From assembly GCA_963695335.1 (NCBI GenBank), contig OY968764.1, positions 192,001 to 256,000 on the forward strand: a stretch of DNA of 64,000 bases. Direction: 5' to 3'. Under the pieces are notes generated by a model. That model did not search any database. It saw only the letters and a program-made list of their open reading frames with translations, and was not told the DNA's origin. Of this stretch, positions 19,621 through 30,867 are shown one piece after another. The DNA is from an uncultured bacterium (GTDB lineage Bacteria; Babelota; Babeliae; Babelales; Vermiphilaceae). Positions within the stretch are counted from its first letter, which is position 1. Every line of letters starts with the position of its first letter. Both the position numbers and the translations under genes were made by a program.

Positions 19621-19777
19621 TCGGTTATTATATCTTTCTGTTGATTGCTAAAAAAATGAGTTCGTGACATTTTATCACGGACTGAGATGTCGACAATTTG
19701 TCGACATCTGAAATTAATGACACAATCTATCTTACTGTGTTCCCCTATCCACAGCGGATTATCATTTGCCATATCCG

Positions 19778-19806
19778 TTGACATAATACCTTTTTCTGTA
19801 TACCAT
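19778..19806 (+). promoter_or_regulatory. Sigma70-like promoter
   Basis: TTGACA-17 nt-TACCAT upstream of the gene at 19874. Confidence 0.6.
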
Positions 19807-19873
19807 TTTACTTGATTATACTTTTGTGTAAGTATACGTTGTAAATTATAATCTCTATAATAAAGGATTTTTC

Positions 19874-20269
19874 ATGAAGATATCACGCATTGCGTTACTT
19901 TCAACAGTTTTTTGTGCAACTTCTATGTTTGCAAGTGAAGCACCCGTAGCAAATGCTGCAGCAGCTCAACCTGGTATAATCTCACAAGTAACTGGATTTG
20001 TAACAGCTCCTTTTGTATATGTATTTAATACAGCTGATGGCGCAGCAAGCTGGATTGCAGATAAATCATACCTTAATACTATCATTGGAAAAATTACTGG
20101 CGTGTCTTTCCTTAAAGGCAGCTGCATTGATAAACCAGCATTAATTGGTAAATCTCTTGTTGCAGTAGCAGCTGTTTATGCAGCTTACAAAGCTTACCAA
20201 GCACTCAATGAACAAAACGTTGACAATGATGATGATATGATCTTTGTTGATGAAGAATATGAAGCGTAA
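19874..20269 (+). CDS. Secreted/membrane hypothetical protein with acidic tail
   Basis: AAGGA RBS, signal peptide, hydrophobic helix, DNDDDM..DEEYEA tail, downstream terminator. Confidence 0.8.
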   Translation: MKISRIALLSTVFCATSMFASEAPVANAAAAQPGIISQVTGFVTAPFVYVFNTADGAASWIADKSYLNTIIGKITGVSFLKGSCIDKPALIGKSLVAVAAVYAAYKAYQALNEQNVDNDDDMIFVDEEYEA

Positions 20270-20292
20270 GTAACGTTAGTTATATAGAAATT

Positions 20293-20326
20293 AAAAAGAG
20301 GAACTTTTTTAAGTTCCTCTTTTTTT
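20293..20326. terminator. Bidirectional intrinsic terminator
   Basis: aaaagaggaactt..aagttcctctttttt between convergent genes. Confidence 0.75.
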
Positions 20327-20365
20327 ATGCACATCAATTACTTGTCTATAATCTCTTTTTCTACT

Positions 20366-21016
20366 TTAATCAAGTTTCGAAGGACACAGCGAAGCTGCTG
20401 TCGTAGAAACTTTACAAATCCACTGCAACATCAAATTTTGTGTTTCTTCTTCAGACAGTTTCCAATCAATATCAGATGCCCGCAGTCTATGAATAACATC
20501 ATACAAACATAATGCAACACTCACCGATACATTAAAACTTTCCACAAAACCATACATTGGAATTTTCACAAACGTATCTGCTTGCGCTAATGCTTCCGGC
20601 GATAAACCAGTTTGTTCACTGCCAAAAATAAATGCTGTTTTTTGATCGAGCGGTAAATTGGGTAACTCATAACAATTGGTGTGCGGTGTTGTTGCAACAA
20701 TCCGATATCCATCTTTTTTGAGCGCAGTGATTGATTCAGTAATTGAACTGTATGCGTGCACATCGACCCATTTTGATGAACCCATTGCAATAGTTGGCAC
20801 AGCCTTAAAACTGTATTTTCCTTCTACCACATGTACATCTTGAACACCAAAAATATCACACGTGCGCAGGGCTGCACTTGCATTATGCTCTTGGAACAAG
20901 TCTTCCAAAACCACGGTAATGTAGCGCGTTCTGTTTGCGATTACTGCTTGCATCTTTTTCCGCTTATTTTCTGTTACGTATGCAAGGAGTTGGTCGATGA
21001 GAGCTGCTTTATCCAT
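20366..21016 (-). CDS. trmH: TrmH/SpoU-family RNA 2'-O-methyltransferase
   Basis: HNASAALRTCDIFG, FGSEQTGLS, IPMYGFVESFNVSVS. Confidence 0.88.
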   Translation of the reverse strand: MDKAALIDQLLAYVTENKRKKMQAVIANRTRYITVVLEDLFQEHNASAALRTCDIFGVQDVHVVEGKYSFKAVPTIAMGSSKWVDVHAYSSITESITALKKDGYRIVATTPHTNCYELPNLPLDQKTAFIFGSEQTGLSPEALAQADTFVKIPMYGFVESFNVSVSVALCLYDVIHRLRASDIDWKLSEEETQNLMLQWICKVSTTAASLCPSKLD

Positions 21017-21035
21017 AAATGACTCATATTTTCTA

Positions 21036-21122
21036 ACGTTCGCTCATTTCGACAAGCTCAATGCGAACGGGGATGACTTATTTTAATCCGTTCGTGGTGA
21101 GCCTGTCGAACCATACGAACGG
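21036..21122. repeat. Family A palindromic element pair
   Basis: ttcgacaagctcaatgcgaacgg ... ccgttcgtggtgagcctgtcgaa. Confidence 0.8.
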
Positions 21123-21251
21123 ATTAGCTCTATTATACCATATTTTACATATAAACCTCATTCAATCGATCTTTTGCCACCCCATTTGCACAAAACACAG
21201 GATCCATGTACGCTTAATAATGTATAATCACATTAAAAAATAGGAATATTT

Positions 21252-21686
21252 ATGACACATAAGGACTTACTCATCGCAGTACTGATCGCGATGGCTCCTT
21301 TTTCTTACATCATTTTCTCTAAAAATGGCTCTGGCAACAATGTTATTTACCTACATAAAGAGCACAAATCAACCCGTTCTTCAGAAGCTCATTTACATCA
21401 ATTCAGCAATACGGGAAACGTAGTTATCGATTTTTATGCAGACTGGTGTAACCCATGCAAACGCATGTCACCACTTATTGATGGTGTTGCTGCTATTATG
21501 CCTGAAGTCACATTTATTAAAATAAATCGCGATTATTTCTTAGATTTAGCAAAAACATTTAACATCACCAGTATTCCAACACTGATATTCTTAAAAGATG
21601 GTAAAGAGATTGGGCGCTATGATGGTGGACCATTAACACAAGACAAACTTGCAAACTTAATTACTAAAATGTATCACAACACGTAA
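21252..21686 (+). CDS. Membrane-anchored thioredoxin
   Basis: VIDFYADWCNPCK, SIPTL; N-terminal hydrophobic segment. Confidence 0.9.
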   Translation: MTHKDLLIAVLIAMAPFSYIIFSKNGSGNNVIYLHKEHKSTRSSEAHLHQFSNTGNVVIDFYADWCNPCKRMSPLIDGVAAIMPEVTFIKINRDYFLDLAKTFNITSIPTLIFLKDGKEIGRYDGGPLTQDKLANLITKMYHNT

Positions 21687-21781
21687 TTGTTACAAAAATA
21701 GTATAAAAAAGATTAAAGCGCTTAATCCTTCAATAAGTTCAGGATGAGCGCTTTAATCTTTTTACACAATTTCCAGTTCTT

Positions 21782-21820
21782 TCCAACTGGGGTCCTCATT
21801 GAAATGCAATGAAAATGGGG
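21782..21820. repeat. Family B short palindromic repeat
   Basis: tccaactggggtcctcattgaaatgcaatgaaaatgggg; related copies at 44400-44441 and (reverse, two units) 62330-62407. Confidence 0.7.
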
Positions 21821-23047
21821 TCAAGTTGGCGATCCTGTTGGGAACATTGTTGGCATAAGAGTTGGCATACTTGTTGGAGTAGATTTAGTTACTTGACCAA
21901 TAATTCCCCAAACAACCCCACCTGTTCCTATTAAAGCAATTACCACTTTAATTCCTATCGCTATCCAAAAATCACGCTTTTCTGTAGCAACTTGATCTTC
22001 CAATAACTGAATATGAGTATCAGTGAGTGGTGATACAGCTTTTTGTCCATCCGGCTGCGCTTGTTCTTCGCTAATATCTTTTAATATTTCAAGAATTATC
22101 TCTTTATATTTATCCGGCTTTTCTTTTTGTATCTTTTTATACTCCGCGGCCGAAATAACTGTCTTTTTATCATCAGATGGCTTATTTTTATTAATATGCT
22201 CAACCACCACATCTGGTGAGACATTAAGTTGTTTTAATAACTTTCCAAGCACTATAGCTTGCTCTAATGATAAATTATTTTCTTCTGCAAACTTAACCAA
22301 CTCAGGCTTCACTTCGTGTATCATTTCCCACACTTCCTGTACAGTATAAGTTCTCACTCCTATAGTAGATGCATCATGCGCTTGATGAGTACCCTGTGAT
22401 GACGATAAGGGAACAGATTTTTGCCCAGAACCCATATCAATCACAACATCATTATTACTCACCGAAGGTGTATTTTGTGTAGAAGGTGTATAATTACGTG
22501 CAGATTGCACCGTTACTTTAGCAACATTTTTTTTTAAGTGATCAACATTTCTAACTTGTGTCTTTGGAGGTAATGAGCTACTTCCAGCACGAATAAATGT
22601 CGAAGTAGAAGTTACAGAAGAATTATTCAAATGTAAGTTAGGCACTTGAGTTTTAGATGTTTGATGACTGTTAGATAATGGATTTTGTTCGGATGAAGAT
22701 TGATTCAATGCTGCATTATTTTGAGCAATAACCGTATTTGCCGCTGGATTAGAAATAACAATTGTTGGAACAGTTGTTGAAGTTGCTGTAGTAGTTGAAC
22801 TGTCAGTTGTTACTGCTGTATTGTGTGAAAAAAAAGATACAGCTTTATCTTCTACCTCTTTTATTATCCCTTGTCCCGTTGATGACTGAATAAATCCAAC
22901 CGCTTTAGTTTCAAGATCTTTTACTTCAGAAGAATTCGCCAATTTTTCAACTTCCTGGACAAGTTCCATAGCATACATTGTATAGGGAATACATAGCACC
23001 AACAATACATGCAACAAACTTTTTTTCATCATAACTACTCCCAACAA
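21821..23047 (-). CDS. Secreted S/T-rich protein with C-terminal TM helix and PTxx repeats
   Basis: Signal peptide + MEL; TM FWIAIGIKVVIALIGTGGVVWGII; tail PTSMPTLMPTMFPTGSPT. Confidence 0.8.
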   Translation of the reverse strand: MLGVVMMKKSLLHVLLVLCIPYTMYAMELVQEVEKLANSSEVKDLETKAVGFIQSSTGQGIIKEVEDKAVSFFSHNTAVTTDSSTTTATSTTVPTIVISNPAANTVIAQNNAALNQSSSEQNPLSNSHQTSKTQVPNLHLNNSSVTSTSTFIRAGSSSLPPKTQVRNVDHLKKNVAKVTVQSARNYTPSTQNTPSVSNNDVVIDMGSGQKSVPLSSSQGTHQAHDASTIGVRTYTVQEVWEMIHEVKPELVKFAEENNLSLEQAIVLGKLLKQLNVSPDVVVEHINKNKPSDDKKTVISAAEYKKIQKEKPDKYKEIILEILKDISEEQAQPDGQKAVSPLTDTHIQLLEDQVATEKRDFWIAIGIKVVIALIGTGGVVWGIIGQVTKSTPTSMPTLMPTMFPTGSPT

Positions 23048-23087
23048 TATTAAAAAAAGTACGCTTTACGTTGTTTTAATAATTAAA

Positions 23088-23321
23088 TTATTTTTTATCT
23101 TCCGCAGTAGATCGTTCGGTATGACTTCTGCTTCTTTTTGTTTCATAATGTTCTCCATAATAAGCAAGTCCGCCTTTTTGCTGAAACTCTGCATGTCCTT
23201 TACGTACTTCAGAGCGTAATTGGTCAAGATTTGTAATATCTTTTTTTACACTTTTTTTTTCACTTGCGTGCATTGATAGAAAACATACTAAACTCACACA
23301 AACAGTCATTTTTTTCATCAC
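23088..23321 (-). CDS. Small secreted hypothetical protein
   Basis: AGGAG RBS; signal peptide MKKMTVCVSLVCFLSMHA. Confidence 0.65.
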   Translation of the reverse strand: MMKKMTVCVSLVCFLSMHASEKKSVKKDITNLDQLRSEVRKGHAEFQQKGGLAYYGEHYETKRSRSHTERSTAEDKK

Positions 23322-23432
23322 AAACTCCTTTAAAAAATAATAAATTCAACGCTCTCCAGCACTATAGCAAGCATCTCGACAAAAAAAAAGGGGAAGATTT
23401 TTTGATCTTCCCCATCTCTATACAAAAAATAT

Positions 23433-24437
23433 TTACCACTCCAACGAACCGGCCGTTTGATATTCGGTAACGCGTGTTTCAAAGAAGTTCTTTTCTTTAC
23501 TCAAATCAGTTGATTGCGACATCCATGGGAATGGATTTTTAGTGCCATATACTTTTGGCAAATCAATACGTTCTAAACGACGATCAGCAATATATTCAAC
23601 ATATTCACAAAATTGTTCAGCATTAATACCAAGCAATCCTTGTGGGCATGCATCATGCGCATACTGTTTTTTCAAGCACAACTGCTTGTTTAATCAGTTC
23701 AACAATTTCATCTTGGAATGATTGCTGTCCAAACTTCAGGATTTTCTGCTTTAATTGTGTTAATCAAATCGCACCCAAATGCAAGATGAAGACTTTCATC
23801 ACGCATAATATATTCAAATTGCTCACCAACACCAACCATTTTATCTTGACGTTTTAATGCAAGCATCATTGCAAAACCAGCATAAAAGAAAATACCTTCC
23901 ATGATCACATAATAACCAATCAAATCATGCAAAAATTGTTGAATATTTTCTGACTGTATCGGTTTTAAAATTTGGATCAAAAATTGATTTGGTTAAATTA
24001 ACAACAAAATCATCTTTTTCTTTAATAGAAGGAATTGTTTCATACATGTTATAAATTTCATCAGGATCAAATCCCAATGAATCACAACAATAAATAAATG
24101 TATCGGTATGAATTGCTTCTTCAAATGCCTGACGCAACAAATATTGACGACATTCTGGATTGGTTACATGTTTATACACTGTCAACACCAAATTATTTGC
24201 TGTTAATGATTCTGCTGTTGAAAAAAATCCAAGATTCCATAAAATCAGACGACGTTCTGTTTCAGTTAAAACCGTAGCAGATTTCCATTGCTCAACATCA
24301 TTTTGCATAGAAACTTCTTCTGGTGTCCAGTTATTTGCAACACCATCTTTATAATGTTGACGCGCCCAGAGATAACTCATTGGTAAAATTTTATTTGGAT
24401 CGACTGTTGAATTATTAATAATTCCATTTTTATTCAT
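23433..24437 (-). CDS. nrdB: Ribonucleotide reductase beta subunit, class Ic type; frameshifted in this sequence
   Basis: [56 protein letters not shown] spread over several frames. Confidence 0.9.
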
Positions 24438-24525
24438 ATTTTTTTCCTACCGTTCCTCACTTCACAACTCATCAACAAATAAACTCTTAAAATCCTTCTG
24501 TACCTGTCAACCATACAACTGTTTA

Positions 24526-27110
24526 TTACTGACATACTTCACACTCAGGATCAGATGAAATAGTGCATGATTTACCAGCAACAATTGCATCATCCGATGC
24601 AATAACTTCTTCTGTTGCAGCACCAGCAGTTTCAACTGCTACAGTTTCAGCTGCTGCACTTTCTACTGTTTTATAATTACGTTTTTGCGTAAATCCAAAC
24701 TTCTTTGCATCAAGCGTTGATTTTTCAATCTGACTTGCACCAAGTGTACGCAAATAATAGGTTGTTTTAAGTCCAAATTTCCATGCAGTAATATAAATAT
24801 CATTCAGCTTTTTTCCCGAAACACCTTTCATAAACACATTATGCGATTGACTTTGATCAATCCATTTACCACGTGCTGCAGTAACATTAATAAGCCATTC
24901 AATGGATCAATTTCAAAGCTTCTTTATATTTATCTTTTAATCTTTGAGGAATTGCATCAATCATCTGCACATTTCCATCATAATATTTAAGCTGCTCAAG
25001 CATCTCTTGATCCCACAAACCAAGCTTTTTAAATCTTCAACCAAATATTTATTAACAACGGTAAATTCACCACTCATATTTGCTTTAACATAATATTTTT
25101 ATAAATCGGCTCAATGCAAGGGAAACAGCCTGCAATATTTGAAATCGTTGCAGTTGGTGCAATTGCCATAGTATTTGAATTACGCATACCATATTGTTTA
25201 ACATGTTCACGCACTGGAGTCCAATCAAGTTTGCCACCTACGTTGCACATTCAATTGCCATGCCACGCTCTTGTTCAAGAAATCAATGGTATCTTGTGGG
25301 AAAATATTACGATCCCATTTAGAACCTTTATATGATTGCATATGCACCACGTTCTTGTGCAAGTTGTGATGATGCAAAAATTGCATGATATGAAATCATT
25401 TCCATAATTTCATCAGAAAATTCAAGCGCTTCTTGTGATGCAAAATGCAATATCAAGCTTGATACAATGCATCCTGAAATCCCATAATCCCAAGACCAAC
25501 AGGACGATGACGCAAGTTTGCATTTTGCGCTTCTATGGTTGGATAAAAATTAATATCAATCACATTATCAAGCATACGCACTGCAGCTGTCAACCGTTTG
25601 TGCCAAGCATTGCTTCATCAAGTTTACCATCAACAACATGCTGCGCAAGATTAACAGAACCCAAATTACATACTGCTGTTTCATCTGCTGAAGTATTAAG
25701 TGTAATTTCTGTGCACAAATTTGAACTATGAACAACACCTACATGATCTTGTGGAGAACGAATATTACATGGATCTTTGAAGGTAATCCATGGATGTCCT
25801 GTTTCAAAAAGCGGCTCAACATTTTACGCCATAACTGCTTGCGCTGCAATTGTTTTATACATTTTTAATTTCACCACGATGCAGCCATCTGCTTCATATT
25901 CTTCATATCGTTCTTCAAATGCTTTGCCATAAAATGATGCAAATCAGGACTTCTTCAGGAGAGAAGAATGTCCACTCTTCATCATTGCAATAACACGCTT
26001 CATGAACAAATCAGGAATCCAATTTGCAGTATTAATATCATGCGTACGGCGACGTTCATCACCGGTATTTCTACGCAAATCAAGAAAATCTTCAAAATCC
26101 AAATGCCATGTTTCAAGATACACACACTGCTGCACCACGGCGCTTACCACTTCGATTAATTGCAGCAGTAACATCATTAGCAATTTTTAAAAATGGAATA
26201 ACTCCTTGGCTTTCTGTTTTAATAGCTTTAACCATTGCACCAGTTGCACGAATATTGGTCCAATCATTGGCAACACCGCCAGACCATTTTGAAAGCTGTG
26301 CATTATCACCAATAACATTTAAAAATATGACTTAAATCATCTTCAACCGTAGTTAAGAAAACATGAACTTAATTGCGGACGCGTTAAACCAGCATGAACA
26401 ATGTTGGCGTACTTGGCACATAATCGCAATGATGACATTACATGTATAAAAATCAAGCGGCTGCTTCATTTTTATCTGGTTCATTAATACGCAAGTCCCA
26501 TTGCAACACGCATCCAAAAAGCTTGCGGCAATTCAATATATCGTGTTTCATGCTTAAGAAAATAACGTTCATACAGCGTATTAACACCCATATAATCAAA
26601 CAGATGATCACGATCAATACAAAGTTCCTGTGCAAGATATTCTAAATCAAAACCGGCCAAACGTTCATCAAGCAGTTCAAGATCTATACCGGTTCTAATA
26701 CCATTAATAAAAGATTTACGATATGTTTCTTGACTATCACTGCGTGCAATAGAATAATGCGTAACTTGTCTAAACAGTTTTTTTAACTGTAAACGTGCTG
26801 CAACTTTACTATACGCAGGGTCACGTTCAATAAACGTGGTTGCTGCAAGCATCAAAGCATCTGCTATTGCATGAGGAGTAATGCCATCAAAAATATTTTT
26901 TAACGTTTCACTGACAATCAACTCAACATCAACAAAGGATTCATATCCAACGCAGGCCCAGCCAACCGTTCGTCGTAACCGTTGTTCACTTACTCTCTCT
27001 TTAACGCCATCAGGTTTTACCACAGAAAACATATACAAGTTATTTTCTGTTTTTTCACCCGCATCATTTATTAAAAAAGGTGCGGGTGAAACACGATTAT
27101 GCTGTTCCAT
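24526..27110 (-). CDS. nrdA: Ribonucleotide reductase alpha subunit; many frameshifts in this sequence
   Basis: ATP-cone-like N-terminus, [58 protein letters not shown]-terminal CEVCQ. Confidence 0.9.
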
Positions 27111-27700
27111 ATCATCCTTTAATTTTTTAGGTGTTACTGCTTACTTATACAACATCCACACAACGAGACAAAATACAATGATCAATTTTCCGCACAAAGC
27201 ATTGCAAGGACGGGAAAAACTAACCTCATTTTTTTATAAAACTTTTAAAAATAGTTACTATATGAAAAAAGAGAATGCATTGTATCATTCTAGGATAATG
27301 ACTAAATTCCTTATAATCAAATAGTTTTATTATTTTTTTATTGAAGATATATTCTTCAATATTTTCAAACAACTGATCTATATTAAATTCATTTAGAATT
27401 AACAAAAAAAGAACTTGTGTTTTTCTATCTCTGCAACCACACATAAAAAAAAAGATTTTTTCTTAATAAAAAAAGAAAAAAAATCAAATCAAAACAAGTA
27501 AATCATTTTGAAAAACATTTTGATAAAAACGTCTATGGGTAATTGATTTGCTTAGAAAACCTGTTTCTTATGTAAAAAGATTATTTTTATACCAAAAAAA
27601 TTAAAAGCGCTAAATATTCCCATTAATGCCAAATTTCTTGTATGATAGAAAGTAACACAAAATAGAAATAAATAACATTATTTAAAATGGATAAAAATAT

Positions 27701-29428
27701 ATGAAGAAAATATATACCATCTTACTCTGCGCAATTGCGTTCTTTTCTTCTTTGTACTCTATGGAAGATTTAAGTCAATCGATAATAGGTATACCCCGAG
27801 AAGCCTCACAAAAATCAGAAAATCCTATATCAAAAAGAAAAATATGTTCTACATTGCAAGCAAATGTTAAAAAGCTGGAAAGCGAAAAATATAAAAAACC
27901 ATTTATTAATAATTTAGAATCATTAAAAAATAGCAAAAACATTTTCAATAACCCTAACGTTTCTACAAATATTTTTAGAGATAAGCAAATCAATAACTTA
28001 ATACATTTTATAGAAGAAAACCCCTTTAACAAAAATCTAATCCCTGCAATAGAAACACAATTACAAGAAATTTGTCAAAAGACGGCAACCTCTTTCAACA
28101 ATATAACAATCAAAACCTCATCGGCAGTAGATTCATTATTAAAAGCGCGTAATGATGTCGACAGAAATAAGCTCATCGATGATATTGACCAAAACATACA
28201 TCTTATGATGGATTTTATGGAAATGCAAGGTTCACGAGCACGCATTGATTCGTTAACTCGAGTGTTAGCTGAAATTAAATTGATACCTGAAGACAATGCT
28301 ATGCTCACCAGAGAAAATATCAAAAAATGGAAAACTAAACTCTTAGCTGCATCTGTTGTATCTCTTGAAAAAAAACCTATGGACACCAGTGAAATAGTTC
28401 TTCCTCAAAAAGAAAAAGAAATCGCAGAAGATATAGAAAAGCTGATAGAAAAACAGACTCCAAAAACATTAAAACCTCGATCTTATAGCTCTACATCCTT
28501 GAAGCTGCCAAAAATATCTATGGCTCAACGATCCAAAAAGCTAAGGGCAAAAGAATATGAATCATTGCCCAGCTCAGAAATAAAATATGCTCAGCAATCT
28601 CTGGAACTTCCAGAACAAAGTGAGCAACTCAATATTACTAACGAATTCACTGCTACTGTTCAAAAATTAAATACTATGGCTGTTTTTGAGATGTTGAACG
28701 AAAAGAAAAATGAATTTATACAAGGTATCATATCTTTAGCGGATGGACTAAAATATGCTAACGATGACGACAAAGAGCAACTCAAAACTCTCGCCCAGCA
28801 TCCATTTTTTAAAAGACAAATGCTCTTAGAGAAAAGATATGAAATACTTACACAAGGGATGAATAAAGAAGAACAACAACAGTTTGAAATCGCGTGGAAT
28901 ACAATTATCAATTATGTTACACCTGAAAAAGAAACGTTCATCAAAACCGTTACAACTCCTATTAATTGGAAAGACGAAGAAGGCAATCCAATTGATCCTA
29001 ATGTAATGCGTGCAGCATATACTCGTGAACCAATAGAACTCAATAAACTTCCTAAAGAAACAATCGACCAACTCAAACGAAAACAAGAAGAATTAGAAGA
29101 GTCCAGAAGACAACACGGGAGACAGATAGACCAAGAGACACGAGAGCAAGAAGAAAGATATATACAACAAAGAGAAACACAACAACTATTCGAAAAAAAT
29201 AGGAAAGAAAATGCAGAAAAACTTAAAGAAGAAAGAGACAGAACATACCAAGCCGATCTTGATGAAGTAGCACGAAGATTAAACGAAGAATATGAACAAG
29301 AGAATGCTAAACGTTGGATGCCTCGGATCATAAATACACTTTATCAAGCAAGACAAAGCGTAACTAACTTTGTTAGCAACATCACATCAACAGTTGCTTC
29401 TTGGTGGTCATGGTTAATGGGAAGATAA
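27701..29428 (+). CDS. Secreted coiled-coil protein with amphipathic Trp-rich C-terminus
   Basis: Signal peptide + MED; E/K/R-rich coil; ends VASWWSWLMGR. Confidence 0.85.
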   Translation: MKKIYTILLCAIAFFSSLYSMEDLSQSIIGIPREASQKSENPISKRKICSTLQANVKKLESEKYKKPFINNLESLKNSKNIFNNPNVSTNIFRDKQINNLIHFIEENPFNKNLIPAIETQLQEICQKTATSFNNITIKTSSAVDSLLKARNDVDRNKLIDDIDQNIHLMMDFMEMQGSRARIDSLTRVLAEIKLIPEDNAMLTRENIKKWKTKLLAASVVSLEKKPMDTSEIVLPQKEKEIAEDIEKLIEKQTPKTLKPRSYSSTSLKLPKISMAQRSKKLRAKEYESLPSSEIKYAQQSLELPEQSEQLNITNEFTATVQKLNTMAVFEMLNEKKNEFIQGIISLADGLKYANDDDKEQLKTLAQHPFFKRQMLLEKRYEILTQGMNKEEQQQFEIAWNTIINYVTPEKETFIKTVTTPINWKDEEGNPIDPNVMRAAYTREPIELNKLPKETIDQLKRKQEELEESRRQHGRQIDQETREQEERYIQQRETQQLFEKNRKENAEKLKEERDRTYQADLDEVARRLNEEYEQENAKRWMPRIINTLYQARQSVTNFVSNITSTVASWWSWLMGR

Positions 29429-29454
29429 AAAATTAAAAAAAAGAGAGTAGCGCT

Positions 29455-30225
29455 ATGAAAAGTTATAATGTTTTATGCACACTTTTTGCTATATCTATAA
29501 TCTGTTCTGACTCTTTCTGTATGAAACAACCAAAAAAAATACTACCGCAAAAAATATCACAGCAATTAATAGTAACCCACAATGTAGAAAAACAAGAAAC
29601 AGAATTACTTAATAACATAATCGAATATTATCCAGCATGGGCACATATCAATGACCCTGATCAAAAAAAACTAAATGCTATAGATTTTACCGTTTATACC
29701 CCCCAGTACTTTAAAGATTCTATTAAAGTACTCAGTACATTTAAAACAGGCGAAACTACTGAATATGAAAACACACTAAAACAACAAGCCGTGCTATATA
29801 TCACGTATGTGGCAACAAATAATAAACAATGGCCAACTATCAACGACAAATTATCTCACATTAAAGAATGCTTTCAACAATACACCTTATCTTACCTAGA
29901 AGCAACCTGGGAACGTTATAGACCAAAAATGGTTATAACAACAACTCCTTCAATTGCAGAAGAACTTCCCTATGAAAAAGGCACAGTTGAAGAAGTTTCT
30001 TCAGAGGAAGAAGAGAAAACTATTCTAGAAAAACCTATACCATCAATTAAAACTCAAAACATCAAAGAAATACACACAAAAATTACAAAACAACCCTACT
30101 CCGCTAAAGCTACAAAGGGCGAGCCAAAACAACCTAAACAATCCAGTATTATATATCATGCAATAAATTTTATATGGAATGGCATTAGCTCTGTGTTTAA
30201 GTGGGTTTTTTCTTGGTTTAAATAA
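29455..30225 (+). CDS. Secreted hypothetical protein (paralog of 30343..30864) with an in-frame family C element
   Basis: Signal peptide + MKQ; ETELLNNI/EKELLENI and YITYVA/YINHVA matches; SAKATKG insert. Confidence 0.85.
   Translation: MKSYNVLCTLFAISIICSDSFCMKQPKKILPQKISQQLIVTHNVEKQETELLNNIIEYYPAWAHINDPDQKKLNAIDFTVYTPQYFKDSIKVLSTFKTGETTEYENTLKQQAVLYITYVATNNKQWPTINDKLSHIKECFQQYTLSYLEATWERYRPKMVITTTPSIAEELPYEKGTVEEVSSEEEEKTILEKPIPSIKTQNIKEIHTKITKQPYSAKATKGEPKQPKQSSIIYHAINFIWNGISSVFKWVFSWFK
30094..30123 (+). repeat. Family C palindromic element inside a CDS
   Basis: ccctactccgctaaagctacaaagggcgag, 28/30 identical to 32059-32088. Confidence 0.85.
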
Positions 30226-30342
30226 AAAAGCTAAAAATCATGCCAACTGAGCAATCCCACTTCACTTTTATATAAAAACGATGCATGATGACAAACGAAC
30301 TCATTACAAATAAAGTTTCTATAATAAAAAAAGAGTACATAG

Positions 30343-30864
30343 ATGAAATATAATTCTTTATATATTCTAATGCTGAGCGCAACAATAATTTTTTTTAATG
30401 TATGTAATGCGCAAGAAGTTTCAACAAAGCAATCGCAAGAAATTCAAGAAAAAGAGTTACTCGAAAATATACTCAAACATCCATCTCAAGATCCAAAAAG
30501 AGATTATTCACGCTGTCCCGTTAACTATTTTGAAGGATTATTTGATGCAGTAAGAATCATGAAAGAGCTGAATCAAGATGCGACTCCTTACATAGATCTA
30601 CTCAATACTGAAGCGATAAGCTACATTAATCATGTAGCATCTGATGATGAACATTGGCAAACAGTAGAAAATAAATTAGCTGAAATTAAAAAACATCTTC
30701 CAGATGAAACATCATTTTATCTGGAACTCGCATTGGAACATAACCAACCAAAAGCTATTATTCCACAAAAAGAAGAATCTCAACCGCAATCAAATATATT
30801 TGCTCAAGCTATTACTTATATATGGGATGGGATTACCAATACCTTCAAATCACTCCTTACATAA
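30343..30864 (+). CDS. Secreted hypothetical protein
   Basis: Signal peptide; paralog of the upstream gene; amphipathic C-terminal helix. Confidence 0.85.
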   Translation: MKYNSLYILMLSATIIFFNVCNAQEVSTKQSQEIQEKELLENILKHPSQDPKRDYSRCPVNYFEGLFDAVRIMKELNQDATPYIDLLNTEAISYINHVASDDEHWQTVENKLAEIKKHLPDETSFYLELALEHNQPKAIIPQKEESQPQSNIFAQAITYIWDGITNTFKSLLT

Positions 30865-30867
30865 CAT

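Noticed and set aside
19664..19712. Palindrome atgtcgacaatttgtcgacat
   Set aside because: Single copy in the window; cannot be assigned as an operator or repeat family.
19744..19753. DnaA-box-like CTATCCACAG suggesting an origin
   Set aside because: Single mismatched box; no cluster and no dnaA context.
27110..27700. Long AT-rich gap as possible ncRNA or NrdR-box region
   Set aside because: No convincing structure or consensus match; consistent with divergent promoters.
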